A stretch of DNA of 35,479 bases. It comes from a virus. Taxonomy: Duplodnaviria > Caudoviricetes. Below the pieces are notes generated by a model that had not been told where the DNA came from, made no database searches, and saw nothing but the letters and a program-made list of their open reading frames with translations. The DNA lies in IMG/VR virus record IMGVR_UViG_3300046508_000033, positions 1 to 35,479 of that record; one strand, written 5' to 3'. The translations under genes and the position numbers were made by a program. Of the stretch, positions 1-9,106 are shown one piece after another. Numbering within the stretch: the stretch's first letter is position 1; each line of letters starts with the position of its first letter.

Positions 1-213
1 ATGATCTGCGGAGAAAGGACAAACCGACTTCTGTCCTCTCCTTCCTGTTTCTCCTGTATCCCCCTGATCTCCCTGTTCACCCTTGTCGCCAACAATTAAA
101 TTTCTTCCCCACTTGGCAATCCCCAGTATCATAAGGCCGCCGCCTATGGCCAGACCAATTCCCAGGGCAATGACCATTTTTACTACGGTAAACTCAGTAA
201 TTTCCGCTGCCAT
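1..213 (-). CDS. Membrane protein with short collagen-like tract (partial, runs off the left edge); possible holin or lysis-region gene
   Basis: Hand translation from ATG 213: MAAEITEFTVVKMVIALGIGLAIGGGLMILGIAKWGRNLIVGDKGEQGDQGDTGETGRRGQKSVCPFSADH..., open to base 1. One hydrophobic helix, then 7 Gly-X-Y triplets. GGGGGTG lies upstream. Not in the ORF track. Confidence 0.6.
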   Translation of the reverse strand, partial: MAAEITEFTVVKMVIALGIGLAIGGGLMILGIAKWGRNLIVGDKGEQGDQGDTGETGRRGQKSVCPFSADH

Positions 214-230
214 TTCACCCCCATGTCCAT

Positions 231-473
231 CTATTTTACAACTCCGCTCAGTTGAGGGCCGTCCTTGCCCAAAGCCTTAAACCAATCCCGCCACATGCAC
301 TCTGCCGCTATCCTGCCGGCCTCCGGGGTCTTCACCTTGACTGACTTGAGCCCCGGCAACTTAGGATGGACCTGCCAGCCTTCCCCCTGATGACAAGCCA
401 CCACCATGAGCGTGTAGGGGCCAGCCTTGCCGTTCCAAGCTCCGGCCTGGTTTTGGCTCCAGGATAGCATCAC
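231..473 (-). CDS. Hypothetical protein
   Basis: 80-aa ORF, 4-nt overlap with the upstream LuxR-like gene, same strand as the operon. Confidence 0.55.
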   Translation of the reverse strand: MMLSWSQNQAGAWNGKAGPYTLMVVACHQGEGWQVHPKLPGLKSVKVKTPEAGRIAAECMWRDWFKALGKDGPQLSGVVK

Positions 474-772
474 AATTTACACAGCCCCATTCGGAGGGCT
501 TCACGGGCCAGCATAACCATGACGTTCTCTGCTCCACCGCGCTGGATCCCTAATTTCTCGCAGAGCGAGCCGATATGCGTACCGACCGATTTTACACTGA
601 CGCCTCGTTGGGCGGCGATCTCCCCCGTAGCCTTGCCCCTGCCGATTCCCCCCAACACCTCTAACTCGGCCATGGTCAAAAAATCCGGCGCCGGGCGGGT
701 CAAGGTCCCGCACTCGGGGCAGAAGTGGATCAGGCCTGCCAGGGTTTTATCGAGGACCAGGATCTGCTGCAT
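470..772 (-). CDS. LuxR-type HTH DNA-binding protein with N-terminal CxxC
   Basis: LTMAELEVLGGIGRGKATGEIAAQRGVSVKSVGTHIGSLCEKLGI matches the GerE/LuxR HTH pattern. FCPECG precedes it. Confidence 0.85.
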   Translation of the reverse strand: MQQILVLDKTLAGLIHFCPECGTLTRPAPDFLTMAELEVLGGIGRGKATGEIAAQRGVSVKSVGTHIGSLCEKLGIQRGGAENVMVMLAREALRMGLCKL

Positions 773-779
773 CTCAGCC

Positions 780-1730
780 TCAATACTTCACAATAAAATT
801 CACCACCTGGAACGGTGGGTTCGACGAGCCGGTGGTTCCAGAATAGGCCGCCGAGAACGTGTACAAATAGCCTGGGGGGCCGATGGAGTATTCGCCGCCG
901 CTGCCAGCGCTGTACTCCAACCCTCCCGAGAATGCCCCTGAGTAAGTATGCGTATGGTCAATCGCTCCGCCTGTGCCTCCCAGGGTGGCGCCAGTCCCCC
1001 CTGATGCCGCCTTGCCCATAGGGAAGCGCTGGCGCATATCGGGGACATTGAAGGTCGTGGTGCCATTGCCGGAGCCGAACGTGGTCCCGATCACTCCAAA
1101 CAGGGATGAATAGGTAGTCCGGGAAACCGCCGAGCCGTCGCAGAGCAAAAATCCGGTGGGGGCGCTGGTGCCGCCATAAGGTGTAATAACACCGACCGGA
1201 GAGCCACCACCGCCGCCCCCGGCCATGACAAAGACGCCATCCGTGGCATCGTAGATCAGGAGAGCCGGCTGGTTAAGCGTTAATGTCGCGCCTGGGATCG
1301 TGATAGCCCCCAGCCCGTTTATGGCGAGGGTACAGGCTCCTGTGCTGCTGACGTTGGGAATGAACTTATAGACCACGCCCCCGACGTAGGAAGTGACGGC
1401 TGGGGCCAGGGTGATGCTGTAATTGTTGCCGGAATTGGAGGCCAAGGGCACGCTGGGGTCAAGGGGCCGGAGGGCCACCCACCCACTATTCCCTGAATTA
1501 CGCTGTTTCAGATAGCCGGCCCCGGTGTCGGCCCAGAGCATGTAAGCCGAGGTGGGCGACGGTGCGGAAGGCCCGGAATTCAGGGTGTTGAGGGTGTCCA
1601 GGGCCAGATTTAGGTCGGCCCTGACTGTGGCCCCGGTGCCATTGGGAACTATCAGAGAATTTTGGCTGGACAGTGATTGCCCGGAGAGGGCCAGGGTCAG
1701 CGCCGAAAGCAGAATCAGGAATCTTTTCAT
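780..1730 (-). CDS. Tail fibre protein with phage tail-collar domain and signal-peptide-like N-terminus
   Basis: PVGVITPYGGTSAPTGFLLCDGSAVSRTTYSSLFGVIGTTFGSGNGTTTFNVPDMR is the tail collar motif and the protein ends NPPFQVVNFIVKY. Start moved to ATG 1730 (MKRFLILL...), which overlaps the upstream stop as TAATG. Confidence 0.9.
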   Translation of the reverse strand: MKRFLILLSALTLALSGQSLSSQNSLIVPNGTGATVRADLNLALDTLNTLNSGPSAPSPTSAYMLWADTGAGYLKQRNSGNSGWVALRPLDPSVPLASNSGNNYSITLAPAVTSYVGGVVYKFIPNVSSTGACTLAINGLGAITIPGATLTLNQPALLIYDATDGVFVMAGGGGGGSPVGVITPYGGTSAPTGFLLCDGSAVSRTTYSSLFGVIGTTFGSGNGTTTFNVPDMRQRFPMGKAASGGTGATLGGTGGAIDHTHTYSGAFSGGLEYSAGSGGEYSIGPPGYLYTFSAAYSGTTGSSNPPFQVVNFIVKY

Positions 1731-4444
1731 TATTGTCCCACCTGCCAGTTGAATTCTGAAACGACCGGAGTAACCCCGGCTTGATAAACCGTGAGAGCCA
1801 GACGCAGGTTGATTCCCCATGCATAATACTGGCCGGGCTTCAAGTCCTGCCAATTGCCCCAGGTGCTGCCGTCCTGGGAGATTCGAATCTGGACCTTCAC
1901 GTCTGCCTGTCCGGCTGCCAGGCCGTCCATATCAGGAATCGAATCGAAATCCGTCCAGTCGTCAATATTTGGGGTCGGCAGGACGCTCTCAAAGAGATAG
2001 TTGGCTGCCACGGTGACCAACTTGCAACTTCCTAAATCCACTAGGCTGCCGGCCGGGATCGTGTAGGTGCCAGAACCGCCCCCGGAGATCTCAAGATTGG
2101 CGCCAGTCTTAAAGACACCGCCGGTCATGGCCCCCAGCCAACCCGCCGCATATTCGTCGCCGGAAGCCAGGACCGTCCCGATGATGCTGGAATTGGTGAC
2201 TGTGATGGAGGAGGTCACGCCATACCAGCCCTTGTAGTGTGCTGCTACCCAATAGGTGCCATCACCATAACAGGGGCAGTTCGGGGTGTCAGTGCGGGCT
2301 ACGATTTCAGCCGTGCCCCAGGCCGTCCCTTTGCGCACCTCATAGTCCATGAAGCGATAGCTGGCCAGGGGGTCATCCGCCTTATCCCAGACCAGAGACA
2401 TTTGGTTGCTTTGGTAAAAACTGCTGAGGTTGGTGATGCCCGGGAGACCCTGCGTCATGCCGGCGCCGCTCAAATAGAACGTGAAAGGATCGACATCGCT
2501 TAGAGATTGGATGGCCCCGTGCCAAAGGTTGTAGCTCAGGAGCTTGATATAAACGGTTTGCCCGATATGGGTCGGGTCATAAGGAATTTTGAAAATAGCC
2601 TGGTCCAATCGGACGACCGGGCTGTTGGCGGCATGGCCGGTGATCGGAGTAAGATAAGCCCCCCGGCGCAGGTAGTCCCCCAGGGTGTATTTATTGGCTG
2701 CAGTCAAGGTGGCCGTCTGGTAGCTGATGATCTCGCCGTCCACCCAAAAAGCCGTAGCCAGGAGATCAGCGTCTGCTTGGGTGCCGGAAAAGAGGACGCC
2801 AAGGCTCTGCGTCAAATCCACTTGGCAGGAGTTGACCGTATCTGGGTCGCTTCCCGAGTTGAACTGCGCCTCCAGGATGCCTATGCGCGCCGGGTTAATG
2901 ACCAGACCCAGGCGTTTATAGGTCGTGCCGTCAAAGCTGGTCCAGACCTCGGCACCGCCCCAATTCGGACCTCCGCAAGCCGCCAGCCAAACCTCATAAC
3001 CGTTCTGAGTAAGTAAGGCCGGAGCCTCGAAGATGGTCGGAGGGTTGACATTTCCGGGAGCCACATTAAGGTCGAGTGCCAGGCCGCCAGAGGGCTGCAT
3101 GGTATGCAGGGCCGGGGTCCCGGTGGCTTCCGGCCATTCCTCCACCTCAAAGGAAAGGGTTCCGTCATCGCCTTCCTCAATCGAGACGACCCGGCACATG
3201 GCGCCGGAGATCCCCAGGTGCGGGATAGTGAGAGAAACCCAATCCATTGGGTCGAGCAGTAAATAACGGCCGTCCAGTTTGAACTTATAGGTGTTGCGGA
3301 TATAAAGGCATTTCTGCAGCATGGTCTGGCCGATGAATTGCGCCAGGCTGGCGCTGCAAATGGCATGAGTCTCAGTGCTGGTCTGTATCCGGGGACCGTA
3401 AAGATCGACGGCGCACATATCTTTGATGTCGATGATGGCGGTGTTGTAATTATTGCTTCGGTCAAAGATCTCGAGCTGAAACCAGTTGTAAGCGTCCGAA
3501 ATAGCTGTCCGGGAAGCGGTCACCGGAGGATTTCCTTTTTCGGAAATGAAATCATCCGGTCCCAGGTTATATTCCGGGCTCATGTTTGGGGTGAAGGTGA
3601 CGCCGTTCCCCGTGGCCGCGGTGTCGCCATAAGGGACCACGTTGAGGACGCCGCCGCTCCAAACAATTTCCGAGTTGGAGAGCTGGCAAACATATTCCAG
3701 GAATTGCGCTGCCGCCTCCTGAGAGGTCAGTTGGGGGCTGAGAAAAATGTTGTTGGCCTTGCAGTAATTGGCGAACTGCGTCAGATCTCCGATGAGGCCG
3801 GAAGCCCAGCCGCAGCCGTAATTCGGATTAGTGAGAAAATCATGGATAATGTCGCTGGGTAGAGCGTCGATTATCCCGGCGCCGGGGTTGAATTGCTTCA
3901 GTCCCTGCACCTCGAAATTAAAGTTCGGAAGCTGTGCCCCGCTGCCCAAGTCAATTCCTGCCGCGCAAGCCACGGCCAGGCCGGAATAGGCCAGCGCCTT
4001 GGATGGATAGCGGGTGCTCAGGTAGCCCCAGGGACTGGCAGGGGAAGCCCCAAGCATGATCTGAGAAAACCAAGAGGCCGGACTGTAAGGGGTGGAGTCG
4101 ATATAAACGGTTGACACTCCAGCGATCGGGCCTTTGCAGATCCCGATCATAATGTCCATGGCGTAGGTGTAAGACACTTCAGTCGTGGTCGTGGTCTTGC
4201 TACCGCCGCCCCCGCCGCCTTTACCACCAGAGGGGGTGGAATTGGTGGTGGTGGTATAGTGGGGAATGGCTTGGAAGCCTGCCGCCCAGATGATATTGCC
4301 AGGGATTCGCTGTTGCCCGTAAACGATGGCGATGGTCGCCCCCTGGCAAGAGCTCTGCACCTGATAGCCCATCAGGGGGACTTGTTGCTGAGCCGGGCTG
4401 CTGGGAAGGCCGCTTGTTTTTTTGCTGCCTCCGAACAGGCTCAT
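1730..4444 (-). CDS. Tail tip/host-specificity protein (gpJ-like, GTA-type baseplate protein)
   Basis: 904 aa, with the IAIVYGQQRIPGNIIW, AYSGLA and LPNFNFEV motifs. Follows DUF2163 and NlpC/P60 in the usual order. Confidence 0.85.
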   Translation of the reverse strand: MSLFGGSKKTSGLPSSPAQQQVPLMGYQVQSSCQGATIAIVYGQQRIPGNIIWAAGFQAIPHYTTTTNSTPSGGKGGGGGGSKTTTTTEVSYTYAMDIMIGICKGPIAGVSTVYIDSTPYSPASWFSQIMLGASPASPWGYLSTRYPSKALAYSGLAVACAAGIDLGSGAQLPNFNFEVQGLKQFNPGAGIIDALPSDIIHDFLTNPNYGCGWASGLIGDLTQFANYCKANNIFLSPQLTSQEAAAQFLEYVCQLSNSEIVWSGGVLNVVPYGDTAATGNGVTFTPNMSPEYNLGPDDFISEKGNPPVTASRTAISDAYNWFQLEIFDRSNNYNTAIIDIKDMCAVDLYGPRIQTSTETHAICSASLAQFIGQTMLQKCLYIRNTYKFKLDGRYLLLDPMDWVSLTIPHLGISGAMCRVVSIEEGDDGTLSFEVEEWPEATGTPALHTMQPSGGLALDLNVAPGNVNPPTIFEAPALLTQNGYEVWLAACGGPNWGGAEVWTSFDGTTYKRLGLVINPARIGILEAQFNSGSDPDTVNSCQVDLTQSLGVLFSGTQADADLLATAFWVDGEIISYQTATLTAANKYTLGDYLRRGAYLTPITGHAANSPVVRLDQAIFKIPYDPTHIGQTVYIKLLSYNLWHGAIQSLSDVDPFTFYLSGAGMTQGLPGITNLSSFYQSNQMSLVWDKADDPLASYRFMDYEVRKGTAWGTAEIVARTDTPNCPCYGDGTYWVAAHYKGWYGVTSSITVTNSSIIGTVLASGDEYAAGWLGAMTGGVFKTGANLEISGGGSGTYTIPAGSLVDLGSCKLVTVAANYLFESVLPTPNIDDWTDFDSIPDMDGLAAGQADVKVQIRISQDGSTWGNWQDLKPGQYYAWGINLRLALTVYQAGVTPVVSEFNWQVGQ

Positions 4445-4881
4445 GCTTTCCTCCAGGGGCTAAAGAACTTGCGCTCATGGGCACGGAGGCGCAGATTGTT
4501 TTCAGCATGGTCGAGCACTACCCCGAACCCTACTGCTGAATGGATGATGCCTGGCCAGTCGGTGATGATGGCCGCATGGCTGTAGGTTCGTCCCAATTTC
4601 CAGATCACGACGTCGGCCGCCTGCTGTTCTCCTTCGGGAATCTCAAGAGCGAATTGCCTTAAATAATCCAGGTATTTTTCTTCCGTGCGGTGCAGATGCC
4701 ACTGGTAGGCGTAATGCTCAATGGTAAATTCCGGGATGACGTGTACCGCCCGATAGACCGCCACCAGGAGCATTCCACAATCCACCCCGGCTCCCTTAAC
4801 CATACCCTCGTGATGAAAATTCGTACCCAGCCAGGTCAGGGCCTCTTTGATTACCAGTCGGCGGTCGAGCTGCTCTGTCAT
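4441..4881 (-). CDS. NlpC/P60 family tail-associated peptidase
   Basis: EALTWLGTNFHHEGMVKGAGVDCGMLL (catalytic DC) and SHAAII...IIHS (His residues). Confidence 0.92.
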   Translation of the reverse strand: MTEQLDRRLVIKEALTWLGTNFHHEGMVKGAGVDCGMLLVAVYRAVHVIPEFTIEHYAYQWHLHRTEEKYLDYLRQFALEIPEGEQQAADVVIWKLGRTYSHAAIITDWPGIIHSAVGFGVVLDHAENNLRLRAHERKFFSPWRKA

Positions 4882-5747
4882 TAGATCACCGTGGAGGGGG
4901 CCGGGATAAAGGGCTGTCCCCCGAAATTGATCTGGTTGCTAAACTTATTCAGGCAGGTGCTCATCTGCCGGTCGCATCCGGCCCAGGCCGTGAAGGTGTC
5001 GTTCGCAGCCGGTGTCCCGATAAAAGGGACCATGGTCGTGATCGCCTCGCCGTTGTAGGCTTTGATTGCCCGGGTCTGGCCGATGCAAACCCCGGAAGTC
5101 ATGGTGATTTTGCCCAAGGTGAACCAGCCATCTGTCTGAAACAGGTTGGTCTTGAAAGAAAAAGCGGAGTTGCCGGCGTCAGCGATAACATGGCCGCCCT
5201 GGGAGAAGCTACTCCGGACCACCCCGCAGTTGGCATCGTAAAGGGAATAAGCGCAGCCTGACTGATAAAGTTGCCAGGGCACTTGAGTATCCAGTAGTTC
5301 CAGCGGGCTTTTGATGTTGATCTGGATCTGGCCATAATCCACCTGGGGCAGATCAGCGACGCGCCCAACAAAAAGGATCACCGGATTAAATTGGGCTGGG
5401 TTGCTCCAGGAGGCGAAGATCAGGCGGCTCATGGTCAGCATGGCGCCGTCGAGCGCCCCCTGGAGCAGGGCGGTCTGAAAGCCGGTGCCCTCCAGAAGAT
5501 TGCCGGTGGTCGCATAGCAAATCAGGGTCAGAGTGTCCACCTGGATCCCCCTGGTTTGCTTCAATTTGCTGCGCTGCATGAGAGGACCTGTGGACAGGTA
5601 GGTATAACCGCCCGAGATGATATTGACGTCGGCCGAAGTCAGATAAAGGTGGAAGCCATCAGTCATAGCAAAGTCATATAAATCGGCCTGGAAAAACTGC
5701 CGGTTCGCATCCAAAAAGGTGATCAGTTCTGCGTCAGCCGATTTCAT
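4881..5747 (-). CDS. DUF2163/BR0599-type baseplate hub protein (gpL-like)
   Basis: YQSGCAYSLYDANCGV and C-terminal AGCDRQMSTCLNKFSNQINFGGQPFIP Cys motifs. Confidence 0.9.
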   Translation of the reverse strand: MKSADAELITFLDANRQFFQADLYDFAMTDGFHLYLTSADVNIISGGYTYLSTGPLMQRSKLKQTRGIQVDTLTLICYATTGNLLEGTGFQTALLQGALDGAMLTMSRLIFASWSNPAQFNPVILFVGRVADLPQVDYGQIQINIKSPLELLDTQVPWQLYQSGCAYSLYDANCGVVRSSFSQGGHVIADAGNSAFSFKTNLFQTDGWFTLGKITMTSGVCIGQTRAIKAYNGEAITTMVPFIGTPAANDTFTAWAGCDRQMSTCLNKFSNQINFGGQPFIPAPSTVI

Positions 5748-5787
5748 GGTTCGCTCTTAGCAGGCGGGTGGTCATAGTATGCTCCGC

Positions 5788-7536
5788 TTACCAGATGCCG
5801 CCTTTTATTGAGAATTCCCATGCTCCAACATCAGGTAGGCCTCTAATCGTATTTTGGCCGTAGTCAGTTGTAAGCCCCACATTTACCCCAGCATTGATGC
5901 AAGGTGAACCTGCTTGCAGTTTAAAATCAGTAGATAGAGCAAAAGAGCCACCAGCATTTACAAAGACCGGGTTGGTAACGATAGAATTAGTATCGCCACC
6001 ATAAGAACTTATAGCGCTTTTCCAGGCTGCAAATGTTGATTCGGTGTATTCCTGAAAATTCCAGTGGTAAGTATTGGTGTTTCCATAGTAACAGTTATAG
6101 TCAAATTTAAGCCCTGTTAAAGTAACATCTGACCAGACGATAACGTCTTCACCAGCGTTATTATAGAAGATATTATTTTTTACCAGAGTGTTAGTGCAGT
6201 CCAAACCCAAGAATAAACTGGCGGTAGCAGTGGAGTGGGTAACATTATTGGCACCGTTGGCTATAACATTATTATAGATATGCGTACCAGGGCAACCCCC
6301 TGCCCCACCACCTACTCTTATTCCACTCCAATGACCACCACTGGCGTCAAGAGCATTGGTAGTGTACCCAAAATGATTAACAATGTTATAAGCAACAATG
6401 GCATTAGTGCCGCCTCCATCAACTCCTATCCCACCACAGGGAACATCATGGATAAAATTCCTGGTGATTGTTATGCTATAGGTCTCGCCAGTGTTTGTCG
6501 CGAGTTGTATGGCGTGATCAGCCTCGCCAGTATCGAGGCCGATATGATATATTTCATTGCCAGCAATAGTGGTTGGTCCCCACTGTATTCCAATGCCAAA
6601 GACATCCCCATTCGGAGCATACAGACCAATATCATAAATTTTGCACCCTGATACTATTCCGTTGGTGGAATTTTGGTAGATTCCGGTCGCACAATTATGG
6701 ACTGTTAGATTACTGAAGGTAACATTGGTGGTTTGGCTCAACCCATTATCCTGCTGAGTTCCACCGTGAGCAAAGGCAGCGTAGGCACTGGAGTACTGAA
6801 TAGTGCTACTATCCACAATGATGTGATCAGAGGTGCCCCGAATATCGACCGTTGACCTCCAGGGAGAGTGCCACTGCAACACATTATCTGTTGATCCACC
6901 AGGACCATAGAAGTCAATGCCAGTGATCGTGATATAGTTTTTACTATCTACCAACACCCCATAGGAGCGAGTGCCAATCTCAGCGGCTCCAGGGTTTCCG
7001 GCGTCGTTCCGGTAATAACCCACACCTGTACCATTTCGGCAGAAGAAGTGATTGTTGGGTATGGCGCTTAACGCTAAATCAACGCTCGGGTCTTCCCATT
7101 CTGCCAGATGGCCGCCCACGACCACTCCGTAGTAATCGGTATTCCCTGCCACGGAAGCAGACCATACTTTGACGCCACCAACATTGTAAGCCAGAGTCCA
7201 ATCACCTGTAGCGAGAGCGGTTGAACGGTAGATGAGAGGCGATCCCCCGACATTTTTCTGATAGGTAATAGGCGATCCTGCCGACCCGGACGAAGGCGGG
7301 GTGAGCTGGCCTCGATAGGCCCCGCCAGCGTCAGAGACTACTATCGTGTCTCCCGCCGAGAAAGTCGTGGCATTATGCACCGTCAGATTCATGGCGGTAG
7401 ACGTAGCCGAATCGGAGGTTGCTGCCCCCTTGGTCGCCGCCGTGCCATCTGCCCGTATGTAGTAAGTGGTTGCCCAACCCGGCCCTGCCAGGGAAAGGAG
7501 GATGCAGGCAGTTATCAGTAGAATTAGTTTTTTCAT
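5788..7536 (-). CDS. Right-handed parallel beta-helix (pectin-lyase-like) protein, putative depolymerase/adhesin, with signal peptide
   Basis: MKKLILLITACILLSLAGPGWA followed by TTYY. Repeated GI/NN beta-helix turns. C-terminal DFKLQAGSPCINAG...PDVGAWE. Visibly more AT-rich than its flanks. Confidence 0.85.
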   Translation of the reverse strand: MKKLILLITACILLSLAGPGWATTYYIRADGTAATKGAATSDSATSTAMNLTVHNATTFSAGDTIVVSDAGGAYRGQLTPPSSGSAGSPITYQKNVGGSPLIYRSTALATGDWTLAYNVGGVKVWSASVAGNTDYYGVVVGGHLAEWEDPSVDLALSAIPNNHFFCRNGTGVGYYRNDAGNPGAAEIGTRSYGVLVDSKNYITITGIDFYGPGGSTDNVLQWHSPWRSTVDIRGTSDHIIVDSSTIQYSSAYAAFAHGGTQQDNGLSQTTNVTFSNLTVHNCATGIYQNSTNGIVSGCKIYDIGLYAPNGDVFGIGIQWGPTTIAGNEIYHIGLDTGEADHAIQLATNTGETYSITITRNFIHDVPCGGIGVDGGGTNAIVAYNIVNHFGYTTNALDASGGHWSGIRVGGGAGGCPGTHIYNNVIANGANNVTHSTATASLFLGLDCTNTLVKNNIFYNNAGEDVIVWSDVTLTGLKFDYNCYYGNTNTYHWNFQEYTESTFAAWKSAISSYGGDTNSIVTNPVFVNAGGSFALSTDFKLQAGSPCINAGVNVGLTTDYGQNTIRGLPDVGAWEFSIKGGIW

Positions 7537-8282
7537 TTGGTGTATTCCACGAAAATGGAGAATGACAGATTAAGTGGCGATCCGGTTGGGGACGACGTAA
7601 CCAGGGCAATGAAATCGCCATCGGCCAAAGTGACCGCCGTGGGCGTGGTGGAGGCTGCCGTGGGCGTGACGCTTATCCCGGTAAAGCCGGTGGCGTCTGA
7701 GCCATTCTTGGTCAACTTGGCCCCCACCGACGTGCCGCCGCTGATCTTGTAGCTGCAACTCGCCAGCTTGGCTGTCTGCCCGGTCGGTAAACTGATAAAG
7801 ATTCCCGGGAAAGTTCTGGCGTCTACCGCATCGAGTAACGCAAAAGTGTGGGGGATACGAAGAGATTGAGTTCCGCCGGTACAATTGGTTAGAGTTCCAC
7901 TTGCGGGTGTGCTAAGTGCCCCTCCTAAGTAAAGAGGCGCGCAATTTTGGTCAGGAAAGGTAACTGTTCTATTGGTTGTGCCGCCAGTGGTAAAAATTAC
8001 ATAGTGCGGGATGGCGTAATTGGCGGTCATGGAGATTACCCCGGTTCCGGGGGCATAGGTCAGCCCCGCCGCCGTGCTGCTTACCCCAGCCATTGCCGGG
8101 ATCGTGCCCAGGCCGACCTTGTAGCTCTGCGTCGGATCGGCGGCGTTATAGATAACAGTGTAGTCGCCGGTGGTTGGCGAGGCCTTGGTCGGCAAGGCGG
8201 AAATCTTAGAATCCGCCCAAATGCTGACTGGAAGGAGTGTGATGATAATGACTAGACCCAAGATCTTAGTTAAATTTTTCAC
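7533..8282 (-). CDS. Putative tail fibre/adaptor protein with signal peptide
   Basis: Hydrophobic leader, then ADSKISALPT. Thr/Gly-rich beta-type sequence. Overlaps the next gene by 4 nt. Confidence 0.7.
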   Translation of the reverse strand: MKNLTKILGLVIIITLLPVSIWADSKISALPTKASPTTGDYTVIYNAADPTQSYKVGLGTIPAMAGVSSTAAGLTYAPGTGVISMTANYAIPHYVIFTTGGTTNRTVTFPDQNCAPLYLGGALSTPASGTLTNCTGGTQSLRIPHTFALLDAVDARTFPGIFISLPTGQTAKLASCSYKISGGTSVGAKLTKNGSDATGFTGISVTPTAASTTPTAVTLADGDFIALVTSSPTGSPLNLSFSIFVEYTK

Positions 8283-8284
8283 TT

Positions 8285-9106
8285 TTAATCCTCCGTTAAG
8301 ATGCGGGTACCATCTTCGTTTAACAAATTCGAGCCATCTTCTGAGAGTATGTCGGCGCTGCTAGGAGCCGGGGGAGAAGATCCTGTGTCGCCCTCCATCA
8401 AGACGCGCGTGCCATCTTCGTTCAACAAATTCGCGCCATCTTCCAAGAGTATGCCAGCACTGTCAGGAGCCGGGGGACCCGGGGGAGGCAACGAAGATCC
8501 GCCGGTATCCCCCCGAACCTGTGCGAGGGTGACCTTTTGTCCGGTGGCATAAACCTGGGCCTCAAGATCCAGCTCCAGAGAATCCTCCTTAAATTTGACC
8601 CGGTAATAAAAATAGAAAGAGGCGCTCACCACCACACCAGAGGCGGGTGCGGTGACAAAGGTAACGATCCCGGAATTAGAATAGGCAATCGAGTAAGCCG
8701 TGGTGGCCTGTAAAAACCCGTTCAGGTAAATCTTGGGCGCGGGGGTCTGCTGAATATCATTCCGGGCCTCGATAAAGAGCCCACCCTGGCTGCGGTTAAG
8801 CTGAAAGACTGTGTTGGTGCCATTCCCCAATCCGAGCGCCGCACCCAAGGCATAATTATCCACCTGGTCCACGAATAGGAAGGTATCGAAACTGCCTCCC
8901 CTGGCATTGTAGAAACCCCAGAAGGTAGTTAGATCCGTGGCGTTCAGCATCCCAAAAGGGAGGTCCCATTCATACATGGGCGCAGACCAAAGTCCCACCC
9001 GGACCTCCCGGCCGCTCTCGGCTTGATTGGCCAGGGTATTCCAGGAGGCCCGTTTGGTGATGGGCCAGGTGATGCCCTTAAAGGTGGGGAAAAGGCTATC
9101 GCTCAT
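8285..9106 (-). CDS. DUF2460 family distal tail protein with duplicated acidic C-terminal extension
   Basis: SGREVRVGLW, FYNARGGSFDTFLF, LGLGNGTNTVFQL, FVTAPASGVVVSASFYFYYRVKF. Position between tape measure and DUF2163. Confidence 0.88.
   Translation of the reverse strand: MSDSLFPTFKGITWPITKRASWNTLANQAESGREVRVGLWSAPMYEWDLPFGMLNATDLTTFWGFYNARGGSFDTFLFVDQVDNYALGAALGLGNGTNTVFQLNRSQGGLFIEARNDIQQTPAPKIYLNGFLQATTAYSIAYSNSGIVTFVTAPASGVVVSASFYFYYRVKFKEDSLELDLEAQVYATGQKVTLAQVRGDTGGSSLPPPGPPAPDSAGILLEDGANLLNEDGTRVLMEGDTGSSPPAPSSADILSEDGSNLLNEDGTRILTED
8288..8512 (-). repeat. Imperfect tandem duplication (2 copies) encoding GDTG..PPAP.SA.IL.EDG.NLLNEDGTR.L.E
   Basis: Visible in the protein and in DNA (ccatcttcgtt.aacaaattcg.gccatcttc occurs twice). 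Confidence 0.85.

Noticed and set aside
780-1200. Diversity-generating retroelement target in the tail fibre
   Set aside because: No reverse transcriptase and no template/variable repeat pair is visible in the window.
1730-9106. Gene transfer agent, suggested by the DUF2460/DUF2163/NlpC-P60/gpJ-like tail tip
   Set aside because: The long tape measure, linked early recombination genes, HNH and many accessory ORFs indicate a phage that shares this tail-tip type.
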